Source: Pirellulales bacterium (GTDB lineage Bacteria > Planctomycetota > Planctomycetia > Pirellulales > JAICIG01). Taken from it: a stretch of 64,000 nucleotides of DNA. The notes under the pieces are model-generated. The model did no database searches. It worked only from the letters and a program-made list of their open reading frames with translations, and was not told the origin of the DNA. The translations under genes and the position numbers were made by a program. Where the stretch lies: contig JBBDYJ010000025.1 in assembly GCA_040901675.1 (NCBI GenBank), positions 191,943-255,942 on the forward strand, read 5' to 3'. Positions within the stretch are counted from its first letter, which is position 1. Each line of letters opens with the position of its first letter. Shown here piece after piece: positions 48,435-59,123 of the stretch.

Positions 48435-49036
48435 GGGGCGCTCTCCCGGGCCTCGAGAAGACGGCGATACACCGACACCAGCCCGGCGGCCATGCTGCCC
48501 AAGTCACTCTGCGGGTCGGCGCAAGCGGGGAGCACTTCCACCGGGGCGGCCGTGTGCAATCCGGCGGCCAGGGCGGCCGAGTGGCAGATCACGACGCCGG
48601 CCAGGTCCAACAGTCCAAGCTGCCCCGCCAGCGAGTGCGAGGCGGCGTCGTACTCGCTGATGCAGACGGCCTTGCGCTCGTGGCAGGCGATCAAGAGGCC
48701 GGCCTCGCAGGTGCGGTTCCGGCAGCCATGGATGTGTACCAGGTCGGCTTCGGCCAGTGCGGCGGGCAAATCCCAGGAAACGGCGCGCGCGGGATCCGTG
48801 ACCTGGCCGGCCACCGGCAAAACGCGGTGGGCAACGCCGGGAAAGATCTCCCGCCGGCCGGGGTTCAGGCCGCAGGAGACCAGCTCGATGCTGTAATCGC
48901 CGCCCGATGCCGTGGTGACGCCCCGGGCCAGTTCGGCCAGCCAGTCCCCGCCCAGGCGCCGCGCGGGCGTCTCGTCGATCGAGGCCAGGAAGACGATCCT
49001 GGCAACCGACGCGCGGGTTCGAGCAAGGCTGTGCAT
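48431..49036 (-). CDS. glycosyltransferase N-terminal-domain-only protein
   Basis: ADLVHIH GT4-N motif; no nucleotide-sugar-binding EX7E; overlaps the next start. Confidence 0.55.
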   Translation of the reverse strand: MHSLARTRASVARIVFLASIDETPARRLGGDWLAELARGVTTASGGDYSIELVSCGLNPGRREIFPGVAHRVLPVAGQVTDPARAVSWDLPAALAEADLVHIHGCRNRTCEAGLLIACHERKAVCISEYDAASHSLAGQLGLLDLAGVVICHSAALAAGLHTAAPVEVLPACADPQSDLGSMAAGLVSVYRRLLEARESAP

Positions 49037-49127
49037 GGCGGAGAGCGGTTCTAAAGATCGCTGGAATCAAGCTGCACGCTGGGCGGACCAGCAGGGCGGC
49101 GCCATCGGACGCACGGACCGCCCCAAA

Positions 49128-50204
<1,077 letters not shown>

Positions 50205-50205
50205 T

Positions 50206-50234
50206 TATTCGGCCAGCGGCTGCCTCGACCTTGA
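50206..50234 (-). promoter_or_regulatory. sigma-28-like promoter candidate for the gmd operon
   Basis: minus strand TCAAG-N16-GCCGAATA, about 90 nt upstream of gmd. Confidence 0.45.
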
Positions 50235-50345
50235 CGATTAGTGAAACATTTCCGGCCGCCGACTTGCCGCGCCATCCCAGCTTGCCTGCCCCGCGATGTC
50301 AACCCGGGCAAAATGCGAAAGGCCGCGGCGAAGCGGCAAAAACGT

Positions 50346-50375
50346 CTCATCGCGCAAAGTCTGCTCTGCCGATAA
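50346..50375 (+). promoter_or_regulatory. sigma-28-like promoter candidate for the GT at 50428
   Basis: CTCATC-N16-GCCGATAA (perfect sigma-28 -10 box). Confidence 0.5.
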
Positions 50376-50427
50376 ACCTTGCCGGACCAATACGCGCCAT
50401 GTCTTAGAGCGATTTGGGCGGTGAGCG

Positions 50428-51597
50428 ATGCGAGTCCTGGTGGACGGCTGGCCGATGCTGGGGCGGCGGACCGGAGTGGGCCAGTACGGCTTGCGGCTGG
50501 TCGGGGCGCTGGCGGACCTGGAAGCTCGCTCGCAGGTCGAGGCCGTGGGAGTCTTCGACGGCCGCCGGGTGGTGCCGGCCGGCGACTTTTTGAAATCCAT
50601 TGCCGCGCACTCCGCCGGGGGCGGCCGCGAAGGGCTGAAACGGATCGTGCGCCGCCTCTGGCCGCGATGCCGCGACTGGGCCGACGAACGGCGGCGGCGG
50701 CTGCTGCGCCGGGCGAGCGGCATCAGCCAGTGGACCGTGTTCCACGAACCGAACTTCGTGTCCCCGCAGTTCGAGCTGCCGCTGGTAACCACGGTGCACG
50801 ACATGGGGTATCTGAGATACCCGGAGTTTTTGCCCAAGGACCGCCTGGCCTGGCTGCGGCGGCGGATGGCCCAAACCCTCTCGCAGTCGCGATCGATTAT
50901 CACCGACAGCGAGTTCACCCGCAGCGAATTGCTCCAGTTATGCCCGCAGGTCGACCCCGGCCGCGTATGGGTGACGCACCTGGGAGTGGACATCGAGTAT
51001 TTCAGCGATCCGCTCCACCTGGCGCGCCGGGCCGAGCTGCGAAGTCGATTCGGTCTGCCGCGGCGGTTCGCCCTCTACCTCGGAACACTCGAGCCGCGCA
51101 AGAACCTGCAAGGGCTGGTCGAGGCTTACGGCCTGCTGCCCCCGGCCCTGCAGCGCGAGTACCCGCTGGTGCTCGCCGGCATGCCCGGTTGGAATCAGGG
51201 CTATTTCCGCGCGTCGCTGGAAATGCTGCGGCGGCGGGGCGTGCTGTTCGAGCTGGGCTACGTCGACAGCGCCGACGTGCCGGCGCTGATGAAAGCGGCC
51301 AGCGTGTTCTGTTTCCCCAGCCTGTACGAGGGATTCGGGCTGCCCCCCCTCGAAGCGGCCGCCTGCGGCACCGCCGTGCTGTCGAGCAACCGGGCCTCGC
51401 TGCCCGAGGTGATGGGCGACGCCGCGCTGTACGTCGATCCCGCTTCGGCGGCCGACATTGCCGCCGGACTCGCCCGGCTGTTCGAGGACGAACCACTCCG
51501 CCTCCGCCTGGCGGCGGCCGGGCAGGCGCGGGCGGCGTTGTTCTCTTGGGAGACTTGCGCCCAACAGACGTTGGCCGCCTACCGCGCGGCGGCCTGA
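50428..51597 (+). CDS. GT4 glycosyltransferase
   Basis: [32 protein letters not shown]. Confidence 0.92.
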   Translation: MRVLVDGWPMLGRRTGVGQYGLRLVGALADLEARSQVEAVGVFDGRRVVPAGDFLKSIAAHSAGGGREGLKRIVRRLWPRCRDWADERRRRLLRRASGISQWTVFHEPNFVSPQFELPLVTTVHDMGYLRYPEFLPKDRLAWLRRRMAQTLSQSRSIITDSEFTRSELLQLCPQVDPGRVWVTHLGVDIEYFSDPLHLARRAELRSRFGLPRRFALYLGTLEPRKNLQGLVEAYGLLPPALQREYPLVLAGMPGWNQGYFRASLEMLRRRGVLFELGYVDSADVPALMKAASVFCFPSLYEGFGLPPLEAAACGTAVLSSNRASLPEVMGDAALYVDPASAADIAAGLARLFEDEPLRLRLAAAGQARAALFSWETCAQQTLAAYRAAA

Positions 51598-51625
51598 CAC
51601 CGTTTCAAAAAGCTGACGTGCAAGA

Positions 51626-53581
51626 ATGCCTATCGATCCGCGGGCCCGTTCGAGCGTTCGCTGCCGAGTCGAGTTGGCGGTGGCCGTGCTGCTGTGCCTG
51701 CTGCTGCAACTGGCGGCCGCCCGCTCGGCGGTGATCGCCAAGGACGGCATCGGGTTCATCCGCATCGCTCGACGGTTGGCGGTCGACCCCGTCGGCGCCA
51801 TGACACTCGAAGATCAGCATCCCGGTTACCCCGCCCTGGTGCTCGCCGGCCGGCAGCTACAGCATTGGCTGGGCAACCACGACGACTTTGCCGCCTGGAT
51901 CAGCGCAGCTCGGCTGGCCAGTGGCCTGTGCGGCGCCGCCAGTATCGTGCTGGTGTGGCTGCTGGCACGCCGGCTCTACAACGAACGCGTGGCCGGCGTG
52001 GCGGCCTTGCTCGCGGCACTCTGGCCTCTCTTGCGGCAGAACGGGGCCGACGTCCTCAGCGACACGCCGCACCTGATGTTTTACCTGGCGGCCGCTTGGG
52101 CAGCCTCGGAAGGACTGGTCAGCGGCCGGACTCGTTGGTTCGCGGCCGCCGGCATCGCCAGCGGGCTGGCCTACTGGATCCGTCCCGAGGGGCTGGTCGT
52201 CGCCCTGGTGTCGGCCGCCGTGCTGGTCGGGCTGCACGTCTTCCGATGCAAGGACGGACGACAAGAGCAACGACCGTCTCCCCCAGGCGTCTCTCCTCTT
52301 CCTCCTTTCACCGGGTGCCTGGGGCAAAGCGATAAGCGTGCCCCAGTCTTCGTCCGTCCTGGTTCCCATACTGCCTTCTGCCTTCTGCCTTCTGCCTTGT
52401 GCCTTCATCGCGGCCTGTTGCACCTGGCCGCTTTGTGCCTGGCAACGTTGGCCGTGGCGGTGCCCTACATGGCGATCGCGGGAAAGCTGACCAGCAAGAA
52501 GAACCCATTTCGCCCGGACGCGCCGCCGGCGGCCACGGCAGCCGGCCAGCCGTCCGGCGCCCTGGTCGTCACGCCAGTGCCCATCTCGGTTGCCGGCGGA
52601 AAAAAAGAATCCCGAGCCGTTGTTCCGGGCCCCCACTTCCTCGGGTCCCAACCATTTTCGGGTTTGGTGACCGAGCCGGCGCCGGGGCAGACGATGCCGG
52701 GCGAGATTCCCAGGCCCGATTCATGGTGGCAAGTGCCGTTGGCTGCCCTGGCCGAATTGCTCAAGGAGCTGGCCCAGGGGTTTCGCTATCTGCTGCTGGC
52801 ACTACCGGCGGTGGGTCATTGGGCGCCGGGACGCGTGCGGCGCCAGACGCTGCCGGCCGTGCTGGTCTGGGCCCTGCTCGCCTTTCACTCGCTCCTCTTG
52901 GGCGGTCTATACTGCCTGGCCGGCTACATCAGCCATCGGCACGTGATTCCGCTGGTGGCCCTGATGATTCCCACGGCAGCGGCGGGAGTGGTTTACCTCG
53001 AAGACAAGCTGTCGATGCTGGCCGCCAGTGCGCGCTGGCGGCCGGCGGTCTCCTGGGGGATGGCGGCCGGCATCGTGGCAGGGCTGGCGCCGATTGCCGC
53101 CCGCCCGCTGCACGCGATCTACCACCCACTGATCGAGGCCGCCCTTTGGGTCAAGGCCGACGCCGCCCCCGGCGACAGCGTGCTGACCACCTCGGACTAC
53201 GCTCGGTTCTACGGCGGCATGGATGGCTTGCTGGTGGCGGTCGAAACGCCCAGTTTCGAGACCGGCCTGGTGCAGGCGCCCCGCGGCGGGGCCTGGCCGT
53301 ACCTGGTGCTCGAGGTGGACCAGCGGACGTTCGATGCAGGGCGGATGACCTCGGGCCGCTCGCCCTACGAGCAGGTGGGATCCTTTGGAGGAACGGCCCG
53401 CAAGCCGTGGGCCAAGGTGCTCGTGTTTCGCGCGCGGGGGCATGGCCAGGTTCTGGCCGGCGGGCAAAATGGCCAGGTTCTGGCCGGCGGGCAAAAAGGC
53501 CGGCATCGGCCCGGCCCGGGCGGTCAAGAGCGGTCGCGGCCTCACGAACGGTTGCAGTCCGGCCGGACTCTGATACGATGA
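51626..53581 (+). CDS. membrane GT-C (PMT/ArnT-like) glycosyltransferase carrying in-frame repeat insertions
   Basis: D after the first TM, HPGYP, LSD, RPEG, many TM helices. Confidence 0.75.
   Translation: MPIDPRARSSVRCRVELAVAVLLCLLLQLAAARSAVIAKDGIGFIRIARRLAVDPVGAMTLEDQHPGYPALVLAGRQLQHWLGNHDDFAAWISAARLASGLCGAASIVLVWLLARRLYNERVAGVAALLAALWPLLRQNGADVLSDTPHLMFYLAAAWAASEGLVSGRTRWFAAAGIASGLAYWIRPEGLVVALVSAAVLVGLHVFRCKDGRQEQRPSPPGVSPLPPFTGCLGQSDKRAPVFVRPGSHTAFCLLPSALCLHRGLLHLAALCLATLAVAVPYMAIAGKLTSKKNPFRPDAPPAATAAGQPSGALVVTPVPISVAGGKKESRAVVPGPHFLGSQPFSGLVTEPAPGQTMPGEIPRPDSWWQVPLAALAELLKELAQGFRYLLLALPAVGHWAPGRVRRQTLPAVLVWALLAFHSLLLGGLYCLAGYISHRHVIPLVALMIPTAAAGVVYLEDKLSMLAASARWRPAVSWGMAAGIVAGLAPIAARPLHAIYHPLIEAALWVKADAAPGDSVLTTSDYARFYGGMDGLLVAVETPSFETGLVQAPRGGAWPYLVLEVDQRTFDAGRMTSGRSPYEQVGSFGGTARKPWAKVLVFRARGHGQVLAGGQNGQVLAGGQKGRHRPGPGGQERSRPHERLQSGRTLIR
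52278..52405 (+). repeat. intragenic composite of three repeat types
   Basis: CTCCCCCAGGCGTCTCTCCT (reverse copy near 63790), family-A palindrome 52313-52346, (CTGCCTT)n from 52371. Confidence 0.85.
53443..53496 (+). repeat. 27-bp tandem duplication
   Basis: TGGCCAGGTTCTGGCCGGCGGGCAAAA x2 (GQVLAGGQ). Confidence 0.85.
53552..53579 (+). promoter_or_regulatory. extended -10 sigma-70 promoter candidate
   Basis: TTGCAG-N16-TACGAT with TG-n before the -10 box. Confidence 0.45.
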
Positions 53582-53582
53582 A

Positions 53583-53733
53583 GAGCAGGTTAGAGTTCGG
53601 AGTCTACGGCAGCCGCTCTTCGGGCGGAGGCCGAGGGAAGAATTCGAGATTGCGACTGGCTCAGTTGACAGGTTAGAAGAGCCAGCCACGCTCGGGAGAC
53701 ACCGCCACGATGCACTTGCTGATCATTCTGCTC
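53583..53733 (+). ncRNA. structured RNA candidate (6S-like RNA or rny leader)
   Basis: closing GAGCAG/CTGCTC, inner CGAG..CTGGCTC/GAGCCAG..CTCG and CCGCT-CTTCG-GGCGG stems just after a promoter-like site. Confidence 0.35.
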
Positions 53734-54314
53734 GATCAACTGCTGGGAATGTTGCGCAGCGCCCGCAAGGCCCGTCAGGCCGAAGTCGTGGTGCCGCGGC
53801 AGAACGAGCCGGGGGGTTCCGACCCGGCTGCATCAGGGCGGCTCTGGTTCCCGGGCCACGGCTGGATGACGGTTCTCCCGGTCTGGCGCAGTGGCCCGGT
53901 GCGGCCGCCCGGTGGGCCGCTGGTCCACGTTGGGCGACTGGTCCACGTTGGGCGATGGGGTCACGATGGCGGCAGTCCCTGCGGACGCGCGCCGGACGAG
54001 CCCCCCGCAGCATCGCCTGGCGGTGCCGGCCGGCTCGAACCGTGTGGCGGCAAGTCTCGGGCTGGATAAAGCCCGGGCGGCGGCCTGGTTCGCGTCGTCA
54101 CGTCTTGCTCGCCCTGACAACAGCAGTCCTTTCTCGCCTGCCGGTTGACCACCGGTGGTGCTGGCATCTCCCCTCGGTGCTCGCCGCTTCGTGCGGCGGT
54201 TGCGGCGGCTCCGCTCGCTGGCCCGGATTCGATGTCGGCCATGGCGGCCCGCCAGGCATGCGCCTGGCGCGCGGCAGGTTGCCCGCCGGCCGAAGTGCTC
54301 AAGAAGGGGAGCCG

Positions 54315-55868
54315 ATGGACACCACGGTCATTGTATTATTGACGGCCTCGATCGCCGCGGCGCTGACCTTTACGCTGGTCAAGGCGCTCGACTACCTGCG
54401 CCAGACCGATGCCGAGAAGCGCGCCAGCGAGATCGTCGAACGCGCCCAGCGCGATATCGAGAATCGGCGCCGTGAGGCGGAGCTGGAGATCAAGGAACAG
54501 GCCATGCAGCAACGGGCAACCGGCGAAAAGGAGCTGGGAGTCATCCGACAGGAGCTGCACGAGCGCGAACGCCTGCTCGACAAGCGCCAGGACGCCCAGG
54601 AACAGCAAGCCGACCAGCTCCGAAAGCAGGAGAAACTGGTCGAGGGCAACCAGCGCAAGCTCGCCGAGCGGATCGAGGAAACCAATCGCCGCCATGAGGA
54701 GCTGGGCAAGCTCTTGGACCTCCAGCGGCAGACGCTGCACCAGCTCAGCGGCTTGAGCCAGGAGGAAGCGACAAGGCGGCTCCTGGAGCGGCTCGGCGCC
54801 GAACTCCAACACGAGGCCGGCGCGCTCATTATCAAGCACGAAAAGCAGACCACCGAGGCTTGCGAAGAACGTTCCCGCGAGATCCTGATCACGGCCCTGC
54901 AGCGCTATGGCGCCGCGCACACGGCCGAGACCACCACCAGCACCGTCGACATCCCCAACGACGACATGAAGGGGCGGATCATCGGCCGCGAGGGACGCAA
55001 CATTCGGGCCTTCGAAAAGGCCACGGGCGTCGACGTGATTATCGACGACACCCCGGGCGTGGTCATCGTCAGCGGCTTCGACATGGTGCGGCGCGAGGTG
55101 GCACGCTTGTCGCTGGCCAAGTTGATCGCCGACGGCCGGATTCACCCCTCGCGGATCGAGGAGGTAGTGGCCGAAACGCAAAAGGAACTCGAGCAGCATC
55201 TGCAGAAGCTCGGCCAAGAGGCCGCCCAGGAGGCCGACGTCCCCGGCCTCAACGAGCGGCTGATTCACCTGCTCGGCCGGCTGCGGTTCCGGACCAGCTA
55301 CAGCCAGAACGTCCTGCGGCACTCGATCGAAGTCGCCTTCCTGACGGGCATGATAGCCGAGGAAATCGGCCTGGATGCAAAACTCGCCCGGCGCTGCGGG
55401 CTCTTGCACGACATCGGCAAGGCCGCCGACCATGAGGCCGAGGGGGGGCATCCCCGTATCGGCGCCGACCTGCTCAAGCGCTATGGCGAGCGGCCGGAAG
55501 TGGTGCACGCCGCCCTGGGACACCACGACGACCTGCGGATCGAGAATCCCTATACCGTGCTGGTGGCGGCCGCCGACGCCTGCAGTGCCTCGCGTCCGGG
55601 GGCGCGGCGCGAGACGCTGGAACGCTACATTAAGCGGATGGAAGAGCTGGAGGGAATCGCCCGCGGCTTTCCGGGCGTCGAGCAGGCCTTTGCCATCCAG
55701 GCCGGACGCGAGCTGCGCGTCCTGGTGGGTGCCAAGGAGAGCAACGATGCCACGGCGGCCAAAATCTGCCACGACATCGCACGGGCGTTCGAGGAGCAAT
55801 TGACCTATCCCGGCGAGATCAAGGTGACCGTCCTGCGCGAAGCACGTTTCACCGAAATCGCCAAGTAA
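54315..55868 (+). CDS. rny: ribonuclease Y
   Basis: N-terminal TM, coiled coil, [25 protein letters not shown]. Confidence 0.95.
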   Translation: MDTTVIVLLTASIAAALTFTLVKALDYLRQTDAEKRASEIVERAQRDIENRRREAELEIKEQAMQQRATGEKELGVIRQELHERERLLDKRQDAQEQQADQLRKQEKLVEGNQRKLAERIEETNRRHEELGKLLDLQRQTLHQLSGLSQEEATRRLLERLGAELQHEAGALIIKHEKQTTEACEERSREILITALQRYGAAHTAETTTSTVDIPNDDMKGRIIGREGRNIRAFEKATGVDVIIDDTPGVVIVSGFDMVRREVARLSLAKLIADGRIHPSRIEEVVAETQKELEQHLQKLGQEAAQEADVPGLNERLIHLLGRLRFRTSYSQNVLRHSIEVAFLTGMIAEEIGLDAKLARRCGLLHDIGKAADHEAEGGHPRIGADLLKRYGERPEVVHAALGHHDDLRIENPYTVLVAAADACSASRPGARRETLERYIKRMEELEGIARGFPGVEQAFAIQAGRELRVLVGAKESNDATAAKICHDIARAFEEQLTYPGEIKVTVLREARFTEIAK

Positions 55869-55886
55869 ACCAGGGAGCCTAAGGCT

Positions 55887-55920
55887 GGGTGGCTGGGGCA
55901 AAGCGGTAAGCGTGCCCCAG
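55887..55920 (+). repeat. palindromic repeat family A
   Basis: GGGTGGCTGGGGCAAAGCGGTAAGCGTGCCCCAG. Confidence 0.85.
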
Positions 55921-55973
55921 GAAACTGCAGGCAACTTTGTTATTCCACCGTTCCTCAACCAGGGGAGTTCCCT

Positions 55974-56813
55974 GTGCGGTTGCTGTTGATCGGCGACATC
56001 GTGGGCAAACCGGGCCGGCAGATCGTCTGCCGGGCGCTGGCCGGCCTGGTGGCCCGGGAGCAATTGGACTTCGTGGTGGCCAACGCCGAGAACGCCGCCG
56101 GCGGATCAGGGCTCACTCCCGAAATCTACCGCGAGTTGAAGCGGGCCGGCGTCGATGCCATCACGCTGGGCGACCACATCTACCGCCGCCGCGAGATCAC
56201 CAGCGTGCTCGTCTCGCAGCCCGACATTGTCAAGCCGGCCAACTATCCGCCCGAAGCCCCCGGACACGAATTCGCGGTCGTACGCTCCGCCGGCGGCATC
56301 GACGTGGCCGTGGTCAGCCTGCTGGGCCGCGTCTTCATGCGTCCCGTCGACTGTCCCTGGGCCGCGGCCGACCGTGTGCTCTCGCGGTTGCCTCCGGAGG
56401 TCAAGCTGGTCCTGGTCGATTTTCACGCCGAGGCCACCAGCGACATGCAGTTGATGGGCCGCCACCTGGACGGCCGCGTCACGGCCGTGCTGGGCACTCA
56501 CACGCACGTGCCGACCGCCGACGAGGAAATACTTCCCGGCGGCACCGCGTTTCAATGCGACGTGGGCATGACCGGCCCCTACCACAGCATTCTAGGCCGC
56601 CGGATCGACCGCGTGCTCGAAACGACCCTTTCGTTCAACCCCACGCACTTCGAGGTGGCCAGCGGCGACGTGCGTCTCTGCGGCTCGATTGTCGAGGCCG
56701 ACAGCCAGACCGGCCGCGCCACTTCGATCCGCCGGCTCCGCATCGACGAGGCCCAGGCCGAGCAATTGAGCGAGCCAAGCGGACAGGGCGACCCGCGTTC
56801 GGCGGTCCCGTGA
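55974..56813 (+). CDS. ymdB: TIGR00282/YmdB metallophosphoesterase
   Basis: GDIVGKPG, NAEN, DFHAEATS, GTHTHV, DVGMTG; follows rny. Confidence 0.92.
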   Translation: MRLLLIGDIVGKPGRQIVCRALAGLVAREQLDFVVANAENAAGGSGLTPEIYRELKRAGVDAITLGDHIYRRREITSVLVSQPDIVKPANYPPEAPGHEFAVVRSAGGIDVAVVSLLGRVFMRPVDCPWAAADRVLSRLPPEVKLVLVDFHAEATSDMQLMGRHLDGRVTAVLGTHTHVPTADEEILPGGTAFQCDVGMTGPYHSILGRRIDRVLETTLSFNPTHFEVASGDVRLCGSIVEADSQTGRATSIRRLRIDEAQAEQLSEPSGQGDPRSAVP

Positions 56814-56995
56814 CCCTCAAGGGGCGGGCGGGCAGCAGGGAACAGGCCCAGGACGACTGGCGAAGTGGAGGCTGATTGCATTAACATGGGCAGAGTGTGG
56901 GAGGCAGAAGTCAGATTGCAGAGGCAGAAGGGTCGTTGGGGTGAAGATGGAAGGGGTAATGGCGATGGTTCCTCAAGGCGAGGGAATCGAAAGCG

Positions 56996-58474
56996 ATGCG
57001 TAACCTGCCGGTCCATTGGTCGGAAGGCATGTTCCTGCGGCCGCACCATTTCCAGGCGGCCGATCGGTATTGGGCCGAGACGCTCCAAACGAGCGAGCAG
57101 TGGGACCACCAGTTCAACTACGGCCTGAGGCGGTTGGAGATCAGCCAGGAGGCATTGGCCAACTCGCAGTTCCAGGTCAGCATGTGCCAGGCGCGGCTGC
57201 GGGATGGCACGCTGGTGGCGCTGGGGCACGGCGAGGAGCTGGACCGGGTGGACCTGGGGCCGGCCATCGAGCAGATGAACGCGGCGCTGGGCAACCTGCA
57301 AATCGACCTCAAGGAAGGATTCGAGGGAGAACAGGTGATCAAGGTCTACCTGGCCGTGCCGAAGCTGAAGATGGGCGCGGTGAACGTGGCGCCCGGGCGG
57401 GACGGGCAACCGCACCGCTTCTCAGAAATCAAGCAGTCGCTGCAGGATGAGAGCCAGGGGGGCAACGACCAGGAGCTGGGCCTCAAGTCGATGAGCGTGC
57501 GGCTGCTGCTCTCGACGCAGGACCTGGCGGGATACGAAGTGCTGCCGATCGCGGCCATCCAGCGGGCCGGCGACCGGGAGGCGACGCCGCGGCTCGATGC
57601 GCGGTATATTCCGCCGCTGCTGGCCGTGGACGCCTGGCCGGGACTGTCGCGGGGCATCGTGCGGGCGATCTACGACATCGTGGGCAACAAGATCAAGGTG
57701 CTCAGCCAACAGGTGCTGTCGCGGGGCGTGACGCTGGTCAGCCAGGAGCCGGGCGACCTGGACCGCCTGCTGATGCTCAGCCAGCTCAACGAGTCGTACG
57801 CGGTGCTGTCGGTGCTCTCGTTCGCGCCGGGCGTCCACCCGTTCATCGCGTATGGCGAGCTGGTCCGGCTGGTGGGCAAGCTCTCGATCTTCGGAACGGA
57901 ACGGGCCGCCCCCGAGATACCGCGGTATGACCACGACGACCTGGCGGGCATCTTTTACTGGGTGAAACAGCAGATCGAGCTCTTGCTGGGGTCGGTGCGC
58001 GACTACGAGTACGAGCAGCGGTTCTTCGTCGGCCAGGGCTTGGGAATGCAGGTGGCGCTGGACGCCAAGTGGCTCAACGCGGACTGGCAATGGTACGTGG
58101 GAGTGGCGCGGGGCAACATCTCCGAAAAAGAATGCCAGGACTTGCTCTCGGCCGGCCAGCTCGATTGGAAGCTGGGCAGCGCGCGGCAGGTGCAGATCCT
58201 CTTCGAGAACCGCGCCGAAGGCCTGCTCCTGGTGCCGCTGGCGCGCGCGCCGCGGGCCCTGCCGGCCACGGGCGACTGGGTGTTCTACGAAGTGAGCCGG
58301 CAAAACGCGGCCTGGAAAGACGTCCACGAGACCCAGACCCTGGCGATGCGCGTCAAAGACAGCCTGATCGTCAATCGGGACAGCCTGCAAGGACAACGCA
58401 AGTTGATCCTCAACTACCGCGGCAAGCAGGCCGCAGTGCAGTTTGCCCTGTTCGCGGTGCCCACGCGCCAATGA
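56996..58474 (+). CDS. tssK: T6SS baseplate subunit TssK
   Basis: VHWSEGMFLRPHHFQ, YIPPLL, HP...Y, YDHDDL. Confidence 0.92.
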   Translation: MRNLPVHWSEGMFLRPHHFQAADRYWAETLQTSEQWDHQFNYGLRRLEISQEALANSQFQVSMCQARLRDGTLVALGHGEELDRVDLGPAIEQMNAALGNLQIDLKEGFEGEQVIKVYLAVPKLKMGAVNVAPGRDGQPHRFSEIKQSLQDESQGGNDQELGLKSMSVRLLLSTQDLAGYEVLPIAAIQRAGDREATPRLDARYIPPLLAVDAWPGLSRGIVRAIYDIVGNKIKVLSQQVLSRGVTLVSQEPGDLDRLLMLSQLNESYAVLSVLSFAPGVHPFIAYGELVRLVGKLSIFGTERAAPEIPRYDHDDLAGIFYWVKQQIELLLGSVRDYEYEQRFFVGQGLGMQVALDAKWLNADWQWYVGVARGNISEKECQDLLSAGQLDWKLGSARQVQILFENRAEGLLLVPLARAPRALPATGDWVFYEVSRQNAAWKDVHETQTLAMRVKDSLIVNRDSLQGQRKLILNYRGKQAAVQFALFAVPTRQ

Positions 58475-58481
58475 GCCGCCA

Positions 58482-59123
58482 ATGACTCCCCAATTCGCCA
58501 AAGCGGTCGACCCGGTCTTCATGCACGTGCTGGGATTGCTGGATCGTATCGGCCGCGACGAGTCGCCCTCGCCGCAGGATGAGCGGATGCACGTCCGGGG
58601 CTGGATCGACCAGGCCGAGGCGGTGCTCGGACAGGCGCCCGACTGGGACCTGGCCAAGCACGCGCTGGTGTACTGGATCGACGAGGTGCTGATCAACGCG
58701 CCCTGGGAAGGGCGGAACTGGTGGAGCGAAAACCCGCTGGAAGTCGAACTGTTCAATAGCCGCCTGGCCAACGAGCAGTTTTACCACAAGGCCAGGGAGG
58801 CCGGCACGCTGACCAGGAAAGACGCGCTGGAAGTGTTCTACGTGTGCGCGGTGCTCGGCTTTCGCGGCCTGTACCGCGATCCGATGGCGGCGGCCATGCT
58901 GGCGCCGGCGCGGGGATTGCCCAACGACCTGGAGAGTTGGGCCAAGCAGACTTCGCTCTCGATCCGGGTGGGGGCCAGGCCGCCGATCCAGGCGACCGGC
59001 CAACTTGGCCCCAGCGCGCCGCCGCTGGAGGGTCAGTCGCTGCTGGTGGCTTCGTCGATGGCCACCGCCGTGCTCGGCGCGTTGACGTTGATCGCGGGAG
59101 CCTGGTACTTCGGCTGGTTTTGA
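58482..59123 (+). CDS. tssL: T6SS DotU-family membrane protein TssL
   Basis: ALVYWIDE, W..NPLE, EVFYVC..LGFRGLY, C-terminal TM. Confidence 0.88.
   Translation: MTPQFAKAVDPVFMHVLGLLDRIGRDESPSPQDERMHVRGWIDQAEAVLGQAPDWDLAKHALVYWIDEVLINAPWEGRNWWSENPLEVELFNSRLANEQFYHKAREAGTLTRKDALEVFYVCAVLGFRGLYRDPMAAAMLAPARGLPNDLESWAKQTSLSIRVGARPPIQATGQLGPSAPPLEGQSLLVASSMATAVLGALTLIAGAWYFGWF

Noticed and set aside
53583..53710. Cobalamin riboswitch
   Set aside because: GGGAAG and GGAGAC fragments are present, but the conserved core elements are absent or out of order
53955..54314. 120-aa N-terminal extension of RNase Y
   Set aside because: Low-complexity translation; the ATG at 54315 has an RBS and begins the canonical membrane anchor
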